Assembly (NCBI GenBank): GCA_904063045.1
Contig: CAJFCJ010000006.1
Span: 2,842,946-2,906,945, forward strand
Length of the DNA stretch: 64,000 nt
From: Dimorphilus gyrociliatus
Lineage: Eukaryota; Animalia; Annelida
Direction of reading: 5' to 3'
Shown here: positions 54,273-64,000 of the stretch, in pieces
Layout: every line of letters starts with the position of its first letter
How positions within the stretch are numbered: the stretch's first letter is position 1
Notes under the pieces: generated by a model
Seen by the model: only the letters and a program-made list of their open reading frames with translations
Databases searched by the model: none
Told to the model about the DNA's origin: nothing
Program-made: the position numbers and the translations under genes

Positions 54273-57200
54273 AAACTTCTAGAATTTTTAAGTACAATTC
54301 AAAAGGAATCACTGCTCAGATTTATTAGTCGTGTATATTTTTTATTGAATAAATCTATTTTTAAAAAAGTTATATCAATTAATTCAGACTTGGGGAAGTT
54401 GATTGAAAGATCTGAAATAACAATAGACAATTATATATATATATATATATTTTAATTAGAACTAAACCTTCTTCATTAATTTACAATGTAAACTCAAAAA
54501 AGCCAATTTTTACATTCAACTTTTAGGTACTTCTAAATAACTTAATAGAATATAATCCAGGTTATTTATAAATATTTTTCTCTAATAGATGAGAAACTAA
54601 TGAATTTAAAACGTTATAGTGTGTTTTGTTTAGGTATTGGGAATATACACAATGGAATTTATCATTGTCTATAGGGACATAATAAATTGAGTTGTGTTTG
54701 TTTTTTTTTGCATGCTTACAAAATTATGACATACTTTTTGTATTTTGTATAGATATATATAATATAATCAATAAAATATAAATTTAGTTTAACTATTTGC
54801 AGCATCATCTTTAACAAGAATTATGGCGTTGAATAACAAATCTTCCATTATACATGCGTTATTTTGATCAGTTAGAAGGATATATTACAAAAATGATGGT
54901 TATATTAGACGGCAGCTACACAAAGAAAAGGAAAACTTATCATACAAATTTTCTAATACTTGTATATATCTTTAAAGAGATTACTTATATCATTATAAGG
55001 AATATCTCCTGAGAATAAAAATATATATAATCCGAAAGAGAAAATTACCAGATCTTATTCAAGATCTTCAATAATTAAATATTTAAGAAGGAGATATTAC
55101 TATTCACTCTATCTTTTACTGCCATAATCAATGTCGGAATTATAGCTCATTTCTATTATCTCAAAGTGAATGTTGTTGTAAGGAAAATCGATATTAAAAA
55201 CAACTTCTTTGATGTTTAAATACAAAAGTAGTTTCTTTTACTCATCCGGGAGTCAATCATTGATTTTATCATTTTCGTTTGCACTGAACTCGACTGTTAA
55301 TACACTATTATACTCTTGAAGATCTCACGTTAAGTTACGGTACTTTAAAGTATCATGCAATAAAAGCTTTTTACAATAGTCTTACTAAAAATACTATGTA
55401 TTTAAAAGTATACATAAATTTGAATAAATTAGAAGAAAGTTATACATTATTGGCTAAAAATTGTGAATATATAAGGATATTTCGCCAACTTTCCTAAATA
55501 GAGTTACTTTCATTATATTCAATTATACAATGATGCTTGAAATGCCTTTTAATTAACTTTCATAGAGATGTTAAAATATTATACAACCTTGTAGAGTAAA
55601 TTTATAAATTTTATCAATATTTAATTGGTTATATAGTGCTTTTTCTGATACAAAAAAAGAACTTAGGAAATCAAATTAAACATTGATGATTTCTTTCTGA
55701 AAGACCGTTATTCCGAACCACATACCAACATCGACGATTTATTAATTTGATTATTGATTTTTCATAAAAATATAATTAAAAAGATTGGAAAGAGGATAAC
55801 TCAGAAGGAAATCTATTGCCTAACATTCTTTTATTAAAATATTTAATAAATTTGAAGCAGGATCTCCGAATGGAGGAGAGAAAGATGTAGATACAGAAAT
55901 AAAGATTAATAATTCTAATATATATACATATATATATCATTTTTTATCTCTTTACTATGAAAAAAAAAGAGTATGTAACATATTTGATTAATTTATTAAA
56001 GGAGAGTTCAATTTAAAAGCTTAAAGCATGTCAGAAATGCTTTTGCAGAGATGGCGGCAAACAAGAGTGTAAACTTAATAATAGAAAAGCAATACAGATT
56101 TGCATCAAGCTAGAGAGTGTAGGAAAGTAAGAACCTCAAGCAAATTCAATTTTATTATCTTTATAAGTAAGAATGTTAAAATAGGTTAAAGTTTAACTTG
56201 GTACTATTTTAAATTAAAATTTTCCACTTTTTTTTACCTTGAGGCAGGCCTAAAATAAGATAAAAATAGGAAGAGAGCTTTGAGTTATTGACTGACTTTT
56301 CTAGTAAAATTATCAAAAAATTCAGTGTTCCAATATTTATGAAGGGTAATTTATAAAAGTATTATTTATGTGAGATACAGCATATGACGTAATATATATA
56401 TACATACAGTATATATAAAAAATAGTCAATAGAAAGTTGCTGCATCGGCAAAATCTATATTCTAAGAAACACGAAGACAATTAGAGCTGATAAGAATAAT
56501 TTTTAATAGTGGAAAATTGTTCAATTTAATATCAAATAAAATCATTTATAATTAATGTGTTTAATCATCATTTCTTTATTAATAAAGACTCAAAAGGGAA
56601 AAATAAAATTATTTCAGTTTAATACCAATTTTTTTTTAAAACTTCATAAGGCCTATTATATAAAACACTGTTAAATAATAAATACTATAAATTAAGTTGC
56701 TGTTAAATTGAATCAAAGTTACATTTGATTAACTAAATAAAAAAGAATTTAATAGAAAGAATTAGTCGGAAAAAGAAGGAAAAAAGAGCGAAAAATCAAT
56801 TCTAATTATAAAATAGACTTTCAATTAAACTTAATAGCAACATAGTAAAAAATGAAATACTAGGAATATCAATCTAATAGGAAAGCTTTAATTCTATAAT
56901 GAATTTAATTTTAAAAAAATACATTAAACAATGAAAAGCAACTTTTTATTAAAAGTCTACTATTTTATAGATAAGGTTAATATGAATCTTTTAGAAGGGA
57001 AAATCTTTAGAGATATTACAAACCATTATAAGGAAAGGGCTTAAAAGAAATTTTCTTGTGAAGCCCCTTCTCTCTATGTGCTGTTTAATCAAGTTTTGAA
57101 ATTATTCAGCAAAAGATTTGCAGTTAATTATGTTATAAAGTATTTATACCTACTTGTAAACTACTTTTTAATTAAAGCAGCCTATTTTTATGTATATCTA

Positions 57201-58569
57201 CCGTATATACAGTATATATATATGTATATGTAAAGCTTCTTATCTATTGAATTATTTAAAAAAGATTTTAAGCATTAGGTTTTATCTTTTTGAAGCAATT
57301 TTGTTAAAAGATAGATGGCTCTGTCAATCAAGTCATTTCCAGAGCCTAAAGAGCGTAAAAGTAAAGATTAAGACGTTAATCCCTTGTTTGAAAGGGAAAA
57401 TATTCTTATGGAAAGAAATCATTGAGAGAGAAAGTGAATGAAAGAAATAAGGTAGGATGAAAAATAGAATGGATAAATAAATCAGATAAAGTAGACTTGT
57501 TTGCTTCCTTTCTTTTTTTCCTATAAAAGGAAGTTTTTATTTGGCAGAAAGAATAAATTTATTTGGCGATTCCTTAGGAATAACCTTCGCAGTTGAAGTG
57601 AGTTAAAATATCAAGAGTATAGACCGTATTTATCTGATTAATATGCCGCACGCAGCACTATTCGCTTTAGGGAATGAATCCAACCATACAAACAACCAAA
57701 TTCACTTATTTTTCTTTCCTTTGAAATAGAAAAAGAACCTGCTAAAGGTCTAACTGTTACTCCACTTTATTTATGTATTGATATAATAGCATTTTATATG
57801 AATATTTAATAAACTATTGGATTTTTTATGAAGGTATTTATTTTAATATTAAGCTTCATAAAATTTAACATAAATGTAGGTGTATATCATAGTTCTTTGT
57901 AAATGTAAATGTATAGGCTTAATTTACAGTAGATTGTAAAGTATATATAACATCCTCCACAATCGGCTAGACGTCTAGACGCTACCTAAAAACGCCATGA
58001 TTGATGAGACTTTTGCATGTTTCAACACATTTTCGCATGGTTTTTATTCCATTTTCTTAAAAAATAAATGATAATCTTTTAAAAAAATAAAAAAACATTG
58101 TTGGATATCTATTAATCATATTTTACATAAGTTAAATATTTAAAGGATTTGGATTAAATAGGAATTTTTGAATAAAATGAAAAGCTAATTAAAAATTATT
58201 TCATTCCATTTTAATTAAAAAAAAAAAGAATCTTTCGTCTTTTGTATAGATCTAGTTGTATAATTTCATAACTACAATATCTACTTAATAGCCAAAAAGG
58301 AAATTTTCTTTCAAATAGAATAAAACTACTTGTAATTATATTGCAGTATTTTTGATGGCCTAGTTATCTGTATTATTTTTCACCGTTTAGGTATAGAAGA
58401 TTATATTGTATGTTTTCACTGTTCTTATTTCTTAAACTGTGCAGCTTTTGATAACGATTGCGTTAGTTCTCTAGAGACGTTAATCAATATTTCCTTCAGT
58501 GCAGATTAATATTCACATAGTCTTTCGCTTTCAATTTAATTAATAAAGTAGAAAAAAAAAATATTTAGT

Positions 58570-58594
58570 CCCCCACCTCCCTCCCCCCTCCCCC
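58570..58594 (-). other. G-quadruplex-forming sequence
   Basis: Minus strand GGGGG-A-GGGGGG-A-GGG-AGGT-GGGGG fits the G3+N1-7 x4 pattern, in very AT-rich surroundings. Confidence 0.6.
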
Positions 58595-59840
58595 TTTTAA
58601 TCGTCGACTAGAAATGGAAAAGAATGAAATTTTTCTAGAGAGAGAACTAATTGAAAAATTCTATAGCGTCTCCTCTTTTCGTTTACAGTTTTTCGTAGTA
58701 TGGCTAATCGAAAAATTAAAAAAAATAACCATTTTCTTCATAATGTAAAACGAAACAAAAAGGGAATTAATAAGAACGCTTTGTAGATAGCCTTTTCTTT
58801 ATATTTTCTTCAAGAACTTCAATAATACCTTAATTATTAATTAAAACTTTTTTCTTTGTCAATTAATGATTACTAGCAAGGGGTAGATGGTTGAAGAATG
58901 TCGTTCATCTTCTTAATATCTTCCCCTCTGTGTCTTCAAATTAACGCCTTAAAATGAAATCCAGGTCAACGAAATATATTAATAATATATTTGCCCCATC
59001 CCTTACTGAGATGTCTTAGAGTCTAGCGTTTCAATGTTAATCGAGGCTTTCCAAAAATATATTCCTAATATTATTTAACAATGGCGCTTTCTATGCGATT
59101 CTTTAAATAAAATAATACAATCTTTATCCTTTTACTCTCGTAGAGAAATAAAGTACTGTTCGAGAGGGAATTTTCAGGCTTTTTTCAGCCTATAGCTCAG
59201 TAAAAAAAAAGTCGATTCCATCACGGATATCCCCCTCCCTCGTCTAGACAGTTTTTAGTTAAAAATTGGTATCCCATTTTTTCCCCGTCTTATCAGCATT
59301 CTGTAATAAGATAAGAAAAAATCTGAAAAAACAGTCTTAAAACATATATCCTAAATAGCATAAATTAATACATATAAATAGATAACTTATGAATATTAAT
59401 GAAATGAAATTACTGCATAGGAATTAAATAACATTAAGAAGAATCAGATTTCCCCTTATGATGATATGTTATTTTTCTAAAGAGAATAAAAAGTGGCAAA
59501 CTGGAGGAAATACTGTAAATCGTCGTATCGAATATGTGCGTTGTGGTCGATAAATAGGCCTAAAATTCTTGCCATCTAAAAGTTCTATGGCTTAATTATA
59601 TCTATGTAACAATATGCTTATACACAGGAAAAGTATTGCAATACTAAATGAGATTCTTTGTACAAATCTAACTTACAATAATTAGTAAGTTTTTTTTATA
59701 CCAGTTTACATTATTCACTATTTTATTGGACCGATATATATATAATATTTGATTAATCGATAAGGAATATCATGTACAAATACAAAATAAATAACATCAG
59801 TAAAGTAGACAGTAACGTCCAGTACTTACAATATTAGAAA

Positions 59841-59890
59841 TGTATATACTGTATTTATATATATACAGTATATAGATACAGTATATATAT
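59841..59890. repeat. TA-rich hairpin-capable repeat containing three TACAGTA/TACTGTA motifs
   Basis: TACTGTA at 59847-59853; TACAGTA at 59864-59870 and 59877-59883. Confidence 0.8.
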
Positions 59891-62800
59891 GTATTGGTCA
59901 TTTTCTGTTTATATAAGGAACAATGGTCTCTCTTAGAACTTCATCAACTTATCTCTTAGATGGTTTCATTAAGTTTCTTTAATTTTGTTATTCTTAAAAT
60001 ACGATTTTCTAGTCTTATCAACAGAAAGTATATTAGTTTTCTGTCGTTCGTTGCTCTCCTCTTATTATCTAAACCCCTATGTTGCGTAACTTTCAATCGA
60101 TTCCGTAATGTGTCTGTCATAGGCGACGCAGAAAATTTTTTCTCATTCTCCATAGTCTATTTTTGGAAAGGTACTTGTAAGTCGCTAAATGGCTTCCGTA
60201 CGTCTGTTTAGTAAAGCTAAGTCTGTTTTAAATTAACAATCAGACGAAATATCTTTATTAGTATATGTTAAATAAATAGTATTTTAATTAGCGAAAGGAT
60301 ACATAGATAGACTATCCTTACTAACAATTCCAACTCCATCCCAAAAATAAAATTATTTTTTTTTTCGTTTTTTCGTTTTTTTGCTGACTCATCAAAATAG
60401 TTACCCTTTTACTTTTTATTTATTTATCCTATTAGCTCACAAACAAGGAAAAAGTAAGAAAGAAATTTTTAATTTATTAATTATTAATATTATTATAAAG
60501 TAGACCTAATTGCCAGAAATAAACAGTTTATTTAAGTTTAATTTTTATGTTTTTTTATAAGTAGTAAATGAGTTCAGACTGGTTAATAAAAAGCTTTCAT
60601 ACAAATCCCTAGATGACACTGTTTTTTACCTTTGAAATGGTGAACAAATCCATCAATTATCGACGTATTTTTTTTATATAGATGATTTATCCTTTTGGTA
60701 TTATATGCCTCGCCTAAACTACAAACTATAATAGAGAACGATTTCTTAGCTGCTAACTTTGAGTTGTATGCTCAAGTATAGAATAGAAAATGAAATAGTT
60801 ATTTCTATGAGAGATAATTTTTAATAATGATTGAAAAGGGATTGGAGAGAGAAGAACAATTGGGAATGAAAAGGGAAGGATGTGGGCGTGGAAGCTTGGT
60901 GAATTGGGACGTTTTTGTAATCTATCTTTTAGAATTGTTGTCGTTATGGAGTATTAGAAATAAATGATGTAGACAAAAGGAAAATGGCGGGAACGTGACT
61001 TTTGAATGTAATTGATTTGGAAATGTCAACACCCTTCGGAAATGTGTATTGAATGATACTCGAAGAAAGCGGAGTAAAATGGTTGGAGAATGCTGAACAA
61101 GAGTGTTAAATAATGCCGACGACCTTTTGAAGATCTAATAATAAGACACTACTCCTAAAATAAAATACCATTGACCCATTTAATTATCTCAAAAACCTTT
61201 GAAGAATTGAACTGAATTCCTTAGTTACCCAATCGGATATTCTAATTCGTAATAGAGCCCTTAATTGAAACTGAAGGGATACACCTAAACTTTATATGTG
61301 TACTGTGCAGTCTCAGGCAGGGGAACAGCAGAGACTGCATCGATTTTCTACTACGCATGCGCTGTTTGTAGTAGTTGGTTTGCATTCTTCAGAAAAAAAG
61401 CCGGCTGACAAGCTAGAAAAATTTTTCATTTCTTTTCAATTTTTCTCAATTTAAATGCGGGCTTTTGAATGATTTTTTAGATTTGTTACTCATCTGTGAT
61501 AAGCGGATTTTATAGGACGAATAAGTCTGGTAAGATTTTCTTTGTACCTTTCCCTCGTTAACAATTGGACTTATTAGTGTATTATTTTAATTATTTCTCA
61601 CCTCTTTGCTAGGTTGCTAACGATCTAATAAACCAATAATGATTTTTCCTTTTCGCTCTTTTAGTAAAACTATTGGGAAAGTGTTAAAAATTTCATATTT
61701 GATTGATCAGTGTATGAAATTTTACCTTCGTTTCTTTTTATAAATTCAGTAATCTAGTATACATTTTCATTGTCAATAGTTCAGTCACGTTTTTGATACG
61801 TGATGAAATTTATAGCAAATAAAGAACACAACCTTTTCTTTTACAACCACTTATCCTTCGAAATGAAGAATTTTCCTCTCTTCTAATGACGTTTACTCCT
61901 TTATGTAGTTTATTATGCAAATGATGCAAATGTTACATAAAGAATACATAAAGAACCAGGTGGATTGATTCTTTATTTCAAAATATAAATAAAATGAAAG
62001 TTTATCTTCGTAACAACTGTTTTCATAATATTTTTAATTCTGCGCATTAAATATAAACGTTTAAACGTAAATTCTCTTTCTCTCTCTCTCTCTGTCCGGC
62101 AGTTGCAGCCATCTTCAATATTTTTTGTGTATTTATATCTAAAATTCCCCTTCAATTGACAAACAAAAAGAGAACCAATACTATATAAATGACTTTGTCA
62201 AATACCTAAGACCTATTTTGCTTTCTTCTAGCAAGGCTCATTAAGTTATTCTGTTGAGAGCAACGCTTTAAAGCTGGCCTCTTTCATTCAAATTCTTATT
62301 GTGATATTACTGTATAAATTTAACGGTGGAGCAGAGGTTGACTGCTGCTAATTAATGGATATTTATGAGTAAGGAAAATGTGGTATAAATAAGAAACGCT
62401 TTGTAAATAGAAGTTTTATAGCGTTTTTTTTTTTAAAGTTATTTTCATCGATTCATTCTTATTTCGTTTTAAAAAAACAATATTGTATATTTTATAATTA
62501 ACGAAACCGAATCGACCTAGAAGCAAATAGTTTATGCAAAGATATCATTTGCATCTTCATTCATGAAAGATGAAATGTATATGACTAAAAGAGAGCGAGA
62601 ATAGAAAGCGTGAGGGTCTATGTTTATATTAATTTAGGTCTATGCTAAAGCTATTTAGCTTAGAATTACAATAATATACAAGAGGTCGCAGAAGAGAAAA
62701 GAATTGATGAAAAATTGAAAATAAAACGCAAAAAGAAAGGATGAGAAGAGTAGGAGGAATAGATAAAAATATGAAGAAAAAAAGAGAGAGTAAATTCTAG

Positions 62801-64000
62801 ATAATTTATTATACACAGGAGCTCTCTTTATTCTATGAAAAAAAGAATTAAGGGAAAGGAAAGATTTTCTAAAGATTCTATCATCTATTTCTATTTTGGA
62901 TAGTAAATAGGACTTGATGTTTTGTTTTGTTTTGTTTTTTAGCTCGATTTTTGCGTAGAATGTAAAATAACATATGGAGTAAGAGTATCAAGTAAATCAA
63001 TTATAGGGTTAAGAGTAAATGATGCATATTTATATAAAATATTATATATATTTATATGCTTATATATATTAATATATATCTACAACGTATAGTAGTATCA
63101 GACTAAATATAATATTTAGAGCGTTTTTAAATTATGTTGTATTGCTTTTAAGCCTAAGGCAAAAGTTGCTATTTTTTTTAGGGCATATAAGAGAAATTTA
63201 TGACAAAGCCAATACAGCTTTTCCAGGAGTCAGCTTTTGATATTTGCAGTTGTTTTCTTAACTGAATAAATCACTGTTTTTTTCATTAGTAATAGTACGA
63301 AAAATACTATGATTATAGCTCTTCAAAGATTTTTTATACTAATTCTTTCAATAAAAAGAAGCAAACAGTATCTTTTTGATCAATAAGCTTGAACAGCAGC
63401 TGACGTTAGTTTGTACTCTCTACATTCCAAACATACTTTTGTGTGAGTAATCAATTTTACGATGAAAGATGAATAATAACTTTTTGCTATAAGAGTCAGC
63501 TAGTAAATGATACTACAGCATTGTAGAAGGATGTATATATATATACTAATATATATATAGATATACAAGTATTTTTGCACAACTGATGAAAGTTTTGCCC
63601 GATGTAAAATACTAAAAAAGTTTGTAGTCAAAGTTTGCCATTGTAATTAGTTTCTATTAGAAAGTTTGACATGAAATTATAATTAAATACCTTTTAAAGT
63701 TGGTTGTTGTCTGTAGTTATAAATCATTAATTTCTACCTTAATTAATTCCATCTTACTCTCCAAGTATATATCTAATTTATAAAGTAATTTTCTATTCAC
63801 ATTTATTATTTAATTCCCTTTTTCCAGTTCTACTCGAGACAATATTACGTTCTATACAATTTGTTCTTTATAATTCGATTTTTTTCCATATAATTAAAAA
63901 ATTAACATTCTTTAATTATATTTCCAAAATCTAAATTACAAGGGTTGTTTAGTCTAGCTTGTCCTTTGTCTTTTCTATTTAGTTTATGAGGTTAACGGAA

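Noticed and set aside
54790-55900. Stop-interrupted coding-looking patches, including a Cys-spaced peptide (CHNQCRNYSSFLLSQSECCC)
   Set aside because: No consistent spliced frame or family motif; cannot support a gene or pseudogene call.
62363-62379. 17-nt exact match, from memory, to the 5' region of U12 snRNA (TTATGAGTAAGGAAAAT)
   Set aside because: No downstream U12 stem-loops or Sm site, and flanks do not match; probably chance. An Infernal RF00007 scan would settle it.

Overview
AT-rich (roughly 70%) eukaryotic, metazoan-type genomic DNA. Bases 1-54,300 are densely packed with intron-rich genes whose GT-AG introns are mostly 50-110 nt; the last ~9.7 kb has no recognisable gene. The compactness suggests a miniature invertebrate genome such as the annelid Dimorphilus, but that is an unverified inference. 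Genes spliced by hand, in order: MRPL24 (-, partial), Elongin A (+), a lone 5S rRNA (-), PAPSS (-), MINPP1 (+), omega GST (-), an adhesion GPCR (+), an OATP/SLCO transporter (-), MICOS10 (-), SWEET/SLC50A1 (-), SPCS1 (+), an SDR9C-like dehydrogenase (+), KIFAP3 (+), PLA2G12 (-), CAP (+), a greatly extended GTSF1-like CHHC zinc-finger protein (-) and a GXYLT locus (+). MRPL24, MICOS10 and SPCS1 are absent from the ORF track. Most notable: (1) two complete GXYLT catalytic domains appear joined by a 60-nt in-frame intron into one double-domain xylosyltransferase; (2) the GTSF1-like protein carries ~790 aa of acidic repeats, including a four-copy acidic-Trp array; (3) PAPSS and CAP both have unannotated alternative start exons; (4) TA microsatellites are repeatedly interrupted by CAG/CTG, the Tc1/mariner excision-footprint signature; (5) the adhesion GPCR has a degenerate GPS cleavage motif. 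All exon structures are manual predictions without transcript evidence.
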